Positions 36,770 through 49,700 of a stretch of 64,000 nt of DNA are shown piece after piece. Every line of letters starts with the position of its first letter. Within the stretch, counting starts at the first letter, position 1. The stretch is from Eledone cirrhosa (lineage: Eukaryota), in NCBI GenBank assembly GCA_964016885.1, contig OZ024744.1:54064001-54128000 (forward strand). The letters run 5' to 3'. The notes beneath the pieces were generated by a model that did not search any database, had not been told where the DNA came from, and saw only the letters and a list, made by a program, of their open reading frames with translations. The translations under genes were made by a program, and so were the position numbers.

Positions 36770-39700
36770 CGAAATATGCTCAAAACGAATGCTGTAGGCA
36801 TTTCAAGAAGAAATTAGAATGGATGAATAAGAAAAAACTACAAGAAAGGAAAATCGAATATTCTCAAAAATACCCAGATAACATCGACAACATCCGTATG
36901 AGTGATGTAAAACTACCGGAAGAATTTACCAATGACCACACAGTAAATATCTATGGGAACACTTTAATCAGTGAACAAGAACAACAAATCCTGAGGTTAC
37001 CACCAAAATTTGCCATCTACAAAAAGATTAACCCTATGGAATGCAAAACGGAGCTGGAAAAGTGTTTCACAAAAATACGTTGGAATGCAAAGGTAAACAA
37101 CAACAACAATAATAACGGTAGTAGTAATATAAACAATAACTCTGGGTATAGAAATAACAGCCATAACCATAACAATGGCAGGAAAATGAGAAATAGTGAT
37201 AATGGCAATAATACTAGCGATAGACGGAACAACAACAACCACAATAATAATAATAATAGAAACGTTAACCACAGACACAGCAACAGTGACCACAGTAGTA
37301 ATAACGGTAACAATACGAACAACAACAACAATAACCACAGTGGTAATAATGGAAATAGTACATGTAGCAACATCAACAAAAACAAGAAACATAATAATAG
37401 TAACAACCACAATGGTAGAAATAGCAGTAACAACAACAACAATAACGGTGAAGTAAACAACAATACATCTAGCAATCATAACAATAATAATATTAATGCT
37501 AATGATAGAAACAACAACAACCACCATGATAACAATAATAGCAACACACACAACTATGACGATAGAAATAACGACAACCCCTTAGAGAAACTATTTTTCA
37601 ACCCAGCTGACAAAACATATAAGATGGGTAATATCTATCCTACGAGGTTACCCTTTAATAAAAGAGTTTGCATACCACAGCAAATAGATGACGAGACGGA
37701 GGCACAGTTCACCATAGCTAGAAATAAGATTAGACAAGTAGTAGACAGGTACACTATGAGACAGAGCAGACCAGAGGCCCAACAACTTGGGATAAAACCT
37801 GTAGAAGGCTTGGTTAGCCTCAAGCAGCGCACAAGGGATGGTGAGGTAGTGTGTCTACCCACAGATAAGTCTGGTAGGATGTCAATAGATAGCATGCCGA
37901 ACTACATCGAGGCAATGCAACCCCACATCACCAACACGAGCGAAGTTGCACAACTAACACACGATGGGAGAAAAAAAATCCTCAACGCTCACATGATGAT
38001 GTGGACTGACATCCTAAAGCCAAGCAGACGCACTGCCAACAACTTCCAGGCGTCTAACAATGGCATACCACCCTTGTATGGGCTCCGCAAAGACCACAAG
38101 ACAGTCGACGACCCGACAACAGGACCACCAACAAGACCCGTATGAGGAGCTAATATAGCTAGCAACTACAGGATCTCCTACTTCCTCTCAATGGTTATAC
38201 GCCCCATAATCAAGATGTCCCCAGATGTATGTGAAAGTACAGAGGACCTCCTCAGCAGAATCAGTGAGTGCAACAAAAACAGGAGCCTATCCAACTGCAT
38301 AATAGGCAGCATGGATGTGGTGTCACTGTACCCATCCATTAACATTGATTTTGCTGTGAAAAGATGCGTGGAGATGATCATTGGGAGTGAGGTGGAGTTC
38401 TGCGACGTCGACACAGACGAACTGGGCCTCCTACTTAGACTTACCTACGACACTGACTACCTAGACAGCCATGACCTTAGATGTTTCTGCCCTAGTAGAC
38501 CTATAAGAGGTAGACCCCCCACCATAACCTCAATGGCTAAAAAGACTCCCATAGGAAGGTGGATTGGGTGGACCAAAGCTATACGGACCCCCCAAAACAC
38601 TGATCAGGTAAGAAAAATGGTCGCACATGCAATAGGGGCTAGTATCAAAACTACCCTAAAGGGCCACATATTTAAGTTCAATGAGAAAATCTACACCCAA
38701 AATGAGGGAGCAGCCATCGGCGTCAGCATAGCTGGTGATGTTGCCAACCTTTTCATGGTATGGTGGGAAAGGAGACTTAAAGATCTCCTTAATGAAAGCT
38801 CCATAGACCTCATCATGTACTCTCGTTATGTAGACGATATCAATATAGTTATAAGAACACCCCCACTAGAGAGCACTAACAAGTTTGATTTAGAACGTAG
38901 CACGATGGAAAGCATCCAGCAGATAGCTAATTCCATACACCAGAGTATAACTGTAACTATAGACTTCCCTTCCAAACACCCTAACAATAGACTACCTGTA
39001 TTAGACACAGAACTCTGGATTAACACTATAGACGAGTGAGCCCAAATTCTCCACTCACACTATGCTAAACCCATGGCCTCCAAATACCTGATACTCAAAA
39101 ACTCAGCAATGTCCAGTAGTGCTAAGTTTAATATTCTGATCGCAGATTTGGTACGAGTGATGAAGAATGTGTCCAGCATGTGCGACCCAACAGAAATGGA
39201 AGGACACATCCAACACTTCATCAACCGCATGCAGTTCTCTGGCTACAACCAAAGAGACAGAGTCAGAGTATACGAAGGAGCCATGGAAAAGTATAAGACC
39301 CTCATAGAACTGGACATGAAAGGAATTTGCCCACTATACAGGAGCAAATCATGGAATAGCTTAGATAGGGCTAGACATAAGATAGGGAAGGCCACATCAT
39401 GGTACGACAACCAGAGATATCAGAGTGTCATGTTTGTGGACGCCACCCCTGGAGGGAAATTAGCTAACCAGTGTAGAAAGGCCCTGAGAAAGACCCACTT
39501 AAAAATAAAGGTGGTAGAAAAGCCAGGAACCACCATAAAATCCCTGATCAGCAAAACCTACCCTTTTAAGAAAACCCACTGTACCAATAGGAAATGTATC
39601 ATATGTAAGGTGAACCCCGGATAAACTGTAAAACTAGAAACGTAGTCTATAGCATAAGATGTACAGAGGGTACTTGCAGAAACATGACAACAACATACAT

Positions 39701-39983
39701 AGGTGAGACAGCTCGTAGCATAGGTGAAAGGATAGACCAACACTGGGGGGAACTAAAAGGACGAAAAAACGGGTCAGTACTATACGAACATGCTAGACAA
39801 CAACATGACGGTAACATAGACAACATAGAAATTAGAATAATATCTAAACATAGGAATGACCCAGCAGATAGGCAAATTAGAGAGGCCAGTGAAATAGAAA
39901 TTAGAAGACCAAAGCTAAACAGAAAGAATGAGTGGAACAACAACAACACCCAAACAAACAACACTGACCTAAGAGAAGTATAA
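36770..39983 (+). pseudogene. Penelope-like element 2 ORF (Asn-rich insert, RT, CxxC linker, C-terminal GIY-YIG)
   Basis: TDKSGR, LYGLRKDHK, DVVSLYPS, RYVDD, LPVLD and VVY...YIGETARS. One frame over 36823-39624 with two TGA codons, then a frameshift at about 39620. Confidence 0.9.
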
Positions 39984-40260
39984 ATAAGTAAATAAAATTA
40001 AATAAAATAAGATAAATAAATACATACACAAGCACAATAACAACAAGCACATAAATACACACTAGTCACCCAGCAGACACAACACTATACACACTAGTCA
40101 CACATCACACATAACACTATACACACACGCAAACGCATGCGCAAAGAAGACAAAATAAAATAAGATAAACAAACAAGCAAATAAATAAATAAATATATAG
40201 ACAGACAACAACAAAAATGGCGTAGACATACAACACAACAGGAGGAACAATGAATATAAC

Positions 40261-40310
40261 ACCACTGACGATGTTGCAGATGTGCAACGAAAGATTTATG
40301 TAAATTATGT
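40261..40310 (+). ncRNA. Degenerate hammerhead ribozyme in the 3' pLTR region of PLE 2
   Basis: CUGACGA-U-GUUGCA(GAUG)UGCAAC-GAAA, with a palindromic stem III GAUUUA/UAAAUU. Stem I is poor. Confidence 0.5.
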
Positions 40311-40853
40311 AAACTATATATATGTGTTTGTGTCTATATTGTATCTGTATTATTTTTGACCGTCGGTCAGTCAATGGCAACATTGAGGACCGAGTAAGTT
40401 AGATCGCAGATATAAAAGACAGCGAGAAGCGAAAACCAACCAAACAGTGAGTGTGTTCTGTTATTAATTCTGGCAATATTGCGCAAATATGACCCTCCCC
40501 AAATATAACAATATATATATATATATATATATAAAAGAAAAAAACACCAATGGAAGGGGGACATGGGACAATGGTACATGTAAGCAAGTAACCGAGAGAA
40601 TGGAGATCAAGTTAAAATAAGCCGTTGGGTTTAAGCCCGGGGCCATAATATAGCAGCTAGGTATGCCACGTCTGTCCTCAGCGAAAACACAACAGAAAGA
40701 AAGAAACGGAGGCGAGAGGGAGTAGAAAATGTTTCCAAACAAATTTTTTTTATTTTTTTATTTAAATTGTAACCAACCAACCAACCAACCAGAAATTTAT
40801 AAATTTTTCTTTTTTTAAATACTTTTTAGAAAACATTTCTAATTTATAGTAAA

Positions 40854-41898
40854 CTAGCAGAGGTACCCGGCGTTGCTCGGACATTAAATAGCAAATGTGT
40901 ATACCATTTATGTCAATACTTCAGTGCTGCTTCGAAAACTATACTTTTACAAAATCATCGGCTTTTTCCAATATGTGCCAATTCTGAGAGTTCACATTCA
41001 TCTGTAGGACAAATGTAGCCCATGCGTCAAGTTTTGTGAAAATCGGTTGCGAACTCCAGAAGTTATGACGTTTTGTTGCATTGCACTGCAGTGCTTCAGT
41101 CGACTCCAAGGAAGTGGTTAAAGTGGTTAAAGGGGTTATCTACCGTGGCTATAATCAATATCTGGAAAAATAACAGTGCCCATGACCATTCGGAGTACAT
41201 AAGTAACCTATGTCTTAAGTTTGGTGAAAATACTGTAGAAATGCATAAGGTTTATACATACGCGGGTGTGTTCGTGTGTGTGCGTGTGTGTGTTTCTGTG
41301 TGTGTGTCTGTGGGTGTGTATGTATTTGTGTGTGCGTATGTATGTGTATGTCCGTCGGGGCAGACGTATGTACTGGCCTAAATCTTCACTATTTACTTTT
41401 ACTATTTTAATAACCTCTGTCATTTTCGTTTTCAATTTTATTTACATCATTCTTAAACTCCGAGGCTGGAAATCATTCTGTTATTTTAAATAGAATATTA
41501 GTCTAACGATTCCATTTATACCATAAACTTGGTCTTGTCTTTGCATGAAATTGTTCTTTACGCTCCACATAACGACGTATTATCCTCGCCTTTTTCCCGT
41601 TCATTGCCAGGTAACGTCTTCACGAACCAAAAGATCGTTTTCCAGTTTTCGTTCGGTTGCAACGTTTCTCGAAGTAATTACCTCTGCTTTCACAGATTAC
41701 TCTCAGTTCAATTTGAATGGGAAATTCCTGTTTCATCGATTTTTTCCGTAACCATGGAAGATTGTAGCTTGAAAGTCGACGCAACGCCTCCTCTGCATAA
41801 CTGTGTAAATTTTCGCTGCATTCCACCAAGCCATTTCGACGTTTATCCGACTACACCTACATATACAACGTCCGACCACTTCCAATTTATATAGTAGA
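40854..41898 (-). mobile_element. Non-autonomous Helitron
   Basis: A|TCTACTATATAA 5' end and CCGAGCAACGCCGG hairpin then CTAG|T 3' end, inserted in an AT dinucleotide with no TSD. Confidence 0.8.
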
Positions 41899-42374
41899 TT
41901 TGTTTATATATGAATGACAAAAAGAAAAGTACAAAACTATACATAAATTGTTTCTACTAAACCTTCAATTTAAGACACAACCTACATATTTGATAGGACT
42001 CCAGCTCACTTCTACTTCTTCTTCTTCTTTTGCTCCTCCTGGAATATTGGGCTGCGAGCCACCCCCACACAACGCCATGTTCTGAGTCCGCTTTTCAACT
42101 CCACCGTGATGCACGGTGCGTCATGGTGTATCTAACCATTTTTTTAGGTCTTACTACGGCTGATTTCTTCCAGAGAGAATGAAAGAGATGGAAAAATGCA
42201 GAGAAGATTCATCCCCGGAGGAATAATAAAAAATGTTTACACTGCACATTTCATTTTTTCAAAGCTAAAGCTGCCGATCCAAAATCAGTAATTCAACTCC
42301 CTGAAAACTTTCAAATATATGCTGTTCTAGCATCAATATTATGCTAAGGATAAGCTGTCCACAAAGTAAGATTT

Positions 42375-42503
42375 ATTTCTTGTCCAATTCTTTAAAGTTT
42401 TATCTTAGTTTCTTGTCCTATTCTTTTAAAGTTTTATCTTAGTTTCTTGTCCTATTCTTTTAAAGTTTTATTTTAGTTTCTTATCCTGTATTTTTAAAGG
42501 TTT
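42375..42503. repeat. ~34-bp AT-rich minisatellite, 3-4 copies
   Basis: TCTTGTCCTATTCTTTTAAAGTTTTATCTTAGTT repeated. Confidence 0.85.
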
Positions 42504-42552
42504 ATATTCCAACAATATTACTTTTTTTTGCTGTACGCATTTTTCTATCTGG

Positions 42553-42596
<44 letters not shown>

Positions 42597-42774
42597 CATA
42601 TACATATATATACATACGACGAACATACACACGACCAAACACATTAGTTGTCCGTGGCCTTGGTACGGGTGCCACGGACGTTGCCTTCCTACTCACACGT
42701 GCTTATCCCCACATACACACACTCAGCCTCCGGAATCCACACGCCCCCTCCCATCACTCCATCCACACGCACGC

Positions 42775-43350
42775 GGTATCTATAGAAATATGCAAGCTGT
42801 TTATAGTTGTGGTTCGATGGTACTAATTTGAGATACCAGAACTATAAAAATGATAATTGCTTGCTCCGCTCATTTTTATAGTTCTGGTATCTCAAATTAG
42901 TACCATCGAACCACAACTATTATAAATACCTTGCATATTTCAATAGATACCTAGTGCCTGTTGGAATATCCATACCCTTTTATGATTTTTCTCCTTATGT
43001 AGAGAACAAAACGTTGTATCGCGCTGCTATTTTTAGTGGCATGATCAACAAGTTTATAATAACCAGCTTCTACTTGTGGCCTAATTTTGCGTGGGTGTCA
43101 CTTTAACAGCTTGACCGCATGCGTCGGCCAGGAAGCGAAATATTGACTTACTATGAGATTTGCACCCTTATGGTATGGAAATAAGCTGTCTGAAGATCTA
43201 ATTCTTTCCATTGGAAATTCTCTGGATTTCCAATTTTTGGATTAGTGAAAACTTCGGTAACAGCAATAAAACAGGTGAATATTTAAATCGTTTTTTAATT
43301 TATTTAAAAGATTGTTTGATAATTGCTTGCTCCGCTCATTTTTATAGTTC
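42775..43350 (+). mobile_element. Non-coding hammerhead element: 466-nt unit, 34-nt terminal direct repeat, inverted 5' arm
   Basis: 42851-42884 equals 43317-43350. 42803-42853 is the perfect reverse complement of 42870-42920. Confidence 0.75.
43185..43264 (+). ncRNA. Type I hammerhead ribozyme with extended stem II
   Basis: GCUGU-CUGAAGA-UCUAAUUC...GGAUUAGU-GAAA-ACUUCGGUA^ACAGC, followed immediately by AATAAA. Confidence 0.75.
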
Positions 43351-43697
43351 GAGCGGGGAGGCTGAAGATGGTGTTTGTGTATTTGTGTAGGTGTACATGT
43401 ATGTGTGTGTATGTGAATGTGTCATTTAGGGGAAGAATGAGGTTCAATGTTCAGGTTTAAAGGCAACTGGTGTGTACATGGGTGGGGTGTAAGGCGGTGT
43501 GTGCGTGCGTGTGGATGGAGAGGTGGGAGGGGACGTGTGAATTCCGGAGGCTGAGTGTGTGTATGTGGGGATAAGCACGTGTGAGTAGGAAGGCAACGTC
43601 CGTGACACCCGTACCAAGGCCACGGACAACTAATGTGTTTGTTCGTGTGTATGTTCGTCGTATGTATATATATGTATATATATACATATACACACAC

Positions 43698-46600
43698 AGA
43701 CCGGATTAGCGTATTAGTTAAGCGGGCGTTGACGGGAGCGGTCCCAAAAAACAGGTGATGGTTCGCCCTGAAAAGGGCAATTAAAGTAGAGTCGATTAGG
43801 CAAAGGACTAGTGATAGACGAAAATAGAGTAGGGGGAGAGCTAGTCAGAAAGCTAGAAGAAGCGTTTAGGACAGGCATCGCAACCGACGTGTTGGCACTC
43901 GACCAATTCCTCAACGCAAAACACGAAGGCTGCGTTGTCAGAGCTAGAGCGCGTGCTCTGAACCATGAGGGACAAAAGCCGTCCAATGGGCCCGGGTGGC
44001 AGAGGCGCGACGTGGCAACAAAGCCACAATTCGGTCTTTGTCTGACCCGAGGAGATGTGTGAGGCTTTTCAGCAGCACTTTGCTGAACTGTTCGGAAGCA
44101 GCGGCGGGCCGGATCGAGGGATGGACTTCAGTGCATACCTCGACGGACTGCCTCGGCTCTCGTCGACTGCAGCACAGTGTTGCGAAAAGCCAATAACAGC
44201 CGGTGAAATACGGGAAGCGATGGCTAACTGCACGAGGAGTAAATCGACAGGTTTAGATGGTCTGCCCAACGAGCATTATGCATTTATGCCAGACATGTTC
44301 GGTGACCTCTTAGCAGACGTCTACTGCAACTGGCAGCAGAACGGGAGTATTCTCAGTTTTGTGAGCCGGGGAGCGGTTGCGCTGCTGAAAAAAGACTCGA
44401 ACAAAGGGGATGTTATCGATAACTTTAGGCCCATAACCCTGATAAACGCAGAGTTCAAGATTTTGGCGAAGGTGTTAGCAACGAGGTTGGCGCTTGTCGT
44501 TGAGAGACTGGTGGGAGAGCGCAGACATGCGCCATTCCAGACAGCTCCATCCACGACAACCTCCACCTCATGCGATACTTCGTGGAGAGGGTAGCTAGGG
44601 AACCTGGCACGGGTGGGTCCTTGATCAATTTAAATCAGTCGAAAGCATTCGATAGGGTTGACCATCGTTATCTGGCGGCAGTCCTGAGGGCGACTGGCTT
44701 TAGGCCCGTCTTCAGAGGCTGGATCGCTACCATGCACAGCGACATCTGCTCTGTGGTGATAGTGAACGGTCACCTTTTGGAACCGTTCAACATCATGCGT
44801 TCGGTCCACCAAGGATATCCCCTCTCATCCCTGTTGTAAGTATTGACTCTCGAGCCATTACTGCACAAACTGGAGAGGTTGAGGGGGGTCCTGCGCGAAC
44901 TAAGATGCGGAAGATCCGTGTCAATATATGCGGAGGATGTCACCGTAGTGGTGTCGAACGTCAAACACATCGAGGCGATCGGCACTACACTAAGAGAATA
45001 CGAAGCGGTGAAAGGAGCAATGATCAACCAGGAAAAGTCTGTGGGCCTGCAGCTCGGCACCTGGAGAGGCAGGTCCATGCCGTCCAACAGCGTCGTCGGA
45101 CGCTGGACGGACGGACCGGTTAAATTGCTAGGGGTCTGGTTCGGTCCGGACCTCCAGACGGACAAAAACTGGGATGAGGAGACGAGCAGGGTGGCATATC
45201 TCACCCAGAAATGGGCAGAGAGGAAGCTATCCCTGAAAGGTCGAGTGGACGTGGCGAATGCGTACATCGCGTCTGTCATCTGCTACCGCCTCACCGTCGT
45301 ACCTTGTCCTAAGCCTCTCCTGACTGCGCTGGAGCATTTGCTCTTTCGGTTTTTGTGGAAGGGATGCGCTCAGGCTACGGCATCTCTACCTCTTCCTCTT
45401 CCTCGAGGTGTGGTCGCCGTTTGCTAAACACATGTGTCCCCAGCTTGTCTCCTTGGCGGAGCTGCAGTCCTGGGTTAAGCGAAGACCGAGAGGAAGAGCT
45501 TGGTGACTAGAATGTCTTCAGGCGCTAACAACCCTCGACCAACGGTCAATACCATCGCTGGAAACTCCACCTTGGCGTTCTATAGAGGGTTAGTGGGGGG
45601 AAAGAGTGACGATGTACTTGGGAGGAATCTAGACGTCGATGAAAACCAACTTCTGTCAACACCCGCTACGTGGACCACTGGGCATGCCATGGCTGATGAT
45701 GCGCAAACATGCGCTCAGGCTACGACATCTCCACCTCTTCCACGACGGTGATCAGGTGTGGTCGCCGTTTGTTAGACGCGTCTTTCCCCAGTTCGTCTCC
45801 TGACGGAGCTGCAGTCCTGGGTCAAGCGAAGACCGAGAGGGAGCGTTTGGACACTGGAATGTCTTCACGCGCTCACAGCCCTCGACCAGTCGGGCAATGT
45901 GATCGGTGGAAACTCCACCCTGGCGTTCTATAGAGGATTAGTGGAGGGGAAGAGCGACGACGTACTTGGGGAAACTCTAGGCGTCAACGAAAATCAACTG
46001 GCCAATCTCTTCGGAAGAACTTTCGGACCGGGGCCTATGGACAATTTTCAGAAATCCCTGGCCTGGCAGTGCTACCGAGGAGCTTTACCAGTTCGGGATA
46101 AACTCTACAGGCATGGAAGTGCCGTCAGCCGGGCATGTCCGAGATGCTCTCAGGGCGACGAAACCGTCCGGCGCGCACTCGTCCAGTGTCCGAGCATTGC
46201 TGACTTGTGGGTTTATGTTGCGTGTAAAACGGATCTGGCTATCAGCTGAGTCCACCGTGAGCATTACCCCGCTTTCTTCCTTTAGCCGGGAAGGACAAGC
46301 ATTTTTTATCTGTCTGGTGTCCATGGCGAAAGAGATAGTATGGTGGACGCATCTGAAAGGGCTGAAAACGAGCACTTACCTCTTCGGTGATGCCCTGATT
46401 AACCTTTTCCAATTTCATTTGAAAAGAAAAATCAGGGTAGAGAGGGAAGTGCTCACTTGCCAGCATTTTGTTGAAAGATGGGTGAGAGAGGCAAGAATGG
46501 CTCTAGTGAATGGACCTACTCTGAGTATGTGCCTGTAAATTGAAGGTGGCAAACTGGGAGAGGGCACTTGCCCTGGTGGTCAGGGTCACCGTGGCTTTTT

Positions 46601-46778
46601 TAATGGGCTTTCTCCACGATGGCGCTCGAAAGTCTCCCCCCTATTGGGGAATTTTTCATTGTTCATTTTTTGTTACATCCTCTGTTTTTTTTTTACGCGC
46701 AGAAATGCCCATTTGTACCGTCCTGCACTGTCCTTAATGTCTCACTTTGTGTAAACCATTGTGGCTAATAAAGAAAGC
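43698..46778 (+). mobile_element. Tx1-type element, 5'-truncated in ORF2, frameshifted and internally rearranged
   Basis: RT motifs (FRPITL, QSKAFDRVDH, IYAED) and CPRC. Ends AATAAAGAAAGC(ATT)n. Confidence 0.9.
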
Positions 46779-46794
46779 ATTATTATTATTATTA

Positions 46795-49700
46795 CAACAG
46801 CAACAGTATCAACGAAAACAACAACACCAACAACTGTACCAACGAAAACAACAACAATGACACCGATAGCTGTAATAGCGATCTCAGCACCACCAGTAAG
46901 ACCAGTAGCGGCAGCAATAGTGGTGCTGTTGAAAAAGGGACCACTTCTTTTGCAGGTGTCGCCCGAAATATCGAGACAGTGTTAGTCACAGAGGAGGAGA
47001 TGGCAGTTGCAAGGGCCATGGTGACAAGAAGCGCCAATAGAGTCTCCCTGAAACCTCCACCCGATTTTTTCAAGGACCAGCAGCTACGGACGGTGACTTA
47101 CCGCACCGTAAGCAAAATCTCACATCGGGTGGAGAGAGCCACGGAAGCTCAAATCCAAAAGGCCTTGTGGCCGCCTGGGCGCGCAAAACCTACATCACCC
47201 GAGGCAGAAAGTACGCCACAGTAGAGGTACTTTTCGCCACCACCCAGGAAGCAAAGTCTCACTCTTTGGAAACCCTAAAGAGTGAGGAGATAGTCTTGGT
47301 GCCCTCCTACTGCGGGCAGAAAATTGTGAGGGTCAAAGTGACCCAGGTCCCACTCGACGTGCCCATACCTTGGCTGGCCGCGTCTGTCCTTGCTGGAATC
47401 GAGAACAGGACGACCATGCTGCAAGTAGAAACAATAGGGAGAGAGAACTGGTCAGGTATAGGCATGCAAATGTTTATACAAACTGACCAGGAATGTATCG
47501 ACGCTATCCCCGATATCATAGACATCGAGGAAGGACTCCAACTCCCTATAAGTGTAGAGGGAAGACGGCCAAAATGTTATCTCTGTGGGTCGAAGGGTCA
47601 CCTCAGGGCCTTTTGCCCGCAGAAGACAGCGAAGAAGGCCCTCTCCTTCCAATACCTGGTCCGCTGCTACCAAGAGCAGGGCAGGCAACAAACTAAGAAG
47701 CCCCTTCCACGGTGAGTAGGAGGTCAACGTCCGTAGCACCCGTACCAAGGCCACGGACAACTAAAGCAGCATCATCAGTGGCGGCAACACCAATAGCTAC
47801 ATTTGAAGTAGTTACACCAGCAACAAAATTGCCGAAGAGGGCTCCACTACCACCACCAACAGCCGTGGAGCACATAGCCCTCCCAGACGCCACAGAATCC
47901 GACATGGAGTTTGAGGCGGGAGTGAAGTGGCAAACGGTCTGCCACAAAAAAAAAAAAAAAACGAAAAAACCCTTAGATTCACCCTCCAAAAGCGAATGCA
48001 TACAAAGAGGGGTAAAGGCAGCAAGGAAACTTGCAGCAACACCACCACCATCACCACCACAAGCACCACTGACAACAACAACCACACCACCCCCAGCATC
48101 ACCAAAAACACCAACAACGCAAACACAACAAGACACATACACCAAACAGCAACAAGAAGAAAACAGCAACAAAATCACCCCTCCCCCCAAAAGTACACAG
48201 CCATAAACATGGCAAAAAAAGAACTCATACAATATATAAAGCAGCACAAAGACATAACAGAAAAAAACTACTACACCCCACCAACATCAAGAACTCTCCC
48301 GACAAACATAAGTATCATCGAAATCTCAATAGAACAGTACAAACCTTTAAAACAAAAATCCCCAACGCAGTTGGAGACATCCTCTTGGAAACACCCATGA
48401 CCAGCGAAAGGGATGGTTCTACTGTCCCTTCACGACACGAACAAGGTAAGTGACCCTTTCTCACTTGCCCCGTTTCTCATCCAACATGGCCGTACTAAGA
48501 ATAGGCAGTATAAATGAACGTGGCCTAGGGTCATCTTGGAAGCAGGGTCACCTACTCAATGATCTCAGGTCACTAAACATAGATGTGGTGGCCATCAGTG
48601 AAACTAGAATCTCCGAAGCAGAAGCCTTCGCGCCGTTCTTCGGCGGCTACTATGTATACGCATCTCCCAGCCGTCCAGGATCAGGGGGAGGGGTCGCAGT
48701 CCTTTTTCGGAGAGGCTTGGATCACGCGATACGGGCCATCTTCCTAGACCCAGAAGGTAAGTCGGTGGTGCTGGACGTGACCGGCAGCGAAGGCAATGCT
48801 TTCAGGCTAGTAGCCGTCTATGCCCCAACAGGGGCAGGGCGGCCAGATTTCTTCAGACATCTAGAGACCTTTCTTGGAACGTCCCGCTCTTTAGTGTTAG
48901 TGGGCGACTGGAACGGTATCTTGGAACGGTATCTTGGATTGTGTGGGGTTAGTGGATAGGGGAGGAGTGTGCAAGAGCCTCACCAACCTGTTCAGACGTT
49001 TTGAACTGTCTGACAAGTATCGACTGGATCACCCGAATGTGCCAATGTGGACATGGACAAACCGCATCGGGGTATCCAGATCGTATCTCGATAGGGTATT
49101 CTGCAGGGAACTAGATAAGGCTAGTATAAGTTGTCCACAATTTAAAATAGTCGACTACACAGACCACAAATTTGTGATCTGTGAGATCGACATAGACAGA
49201 CTTCATAGATAAGGACCCGGTTATTGGAAGTTGAACGCGTCTTTCCCGGCGCGTAAAGCCTACAGAGACCGGATTAGCGTATTAGTTAAGCGGGCGTTGA
49301 CGGGAGCGGTCGTCAACAACAAGTAGTGGTTCGCCCTGAAAATGGCAATTAAAGTAGAGTCGATTAGGTTTAGCAAAGAACTAGTGATAGAGGAAAATAG
49401 AGTTGAGGGAGAGCTTGTCAGAAAGCTAGAAGAGGCGTTTAGGACAGGCATCGCAACCGACGTGCTTGCGGCTAGATTGGCACTTGACTAATTCTTCAAC
49501 GCAAAACACGAAGGCTGCGTTGTCAGAGCTAGAGCGCGTGCTCTGAAACACGAGGGGACAAAAGCCGTCCAATGGGCCCGGGTAGCAGAGGCGCGACGTG
49601 GCAACAGAGCCACAATTCGGTTTTTGTCTGACCAAAACGGGTGCGTGATGCTCGAACCCGAGCAGATGTGTGAAGCTTTTCAGCAGCACTTTGCTGAACT

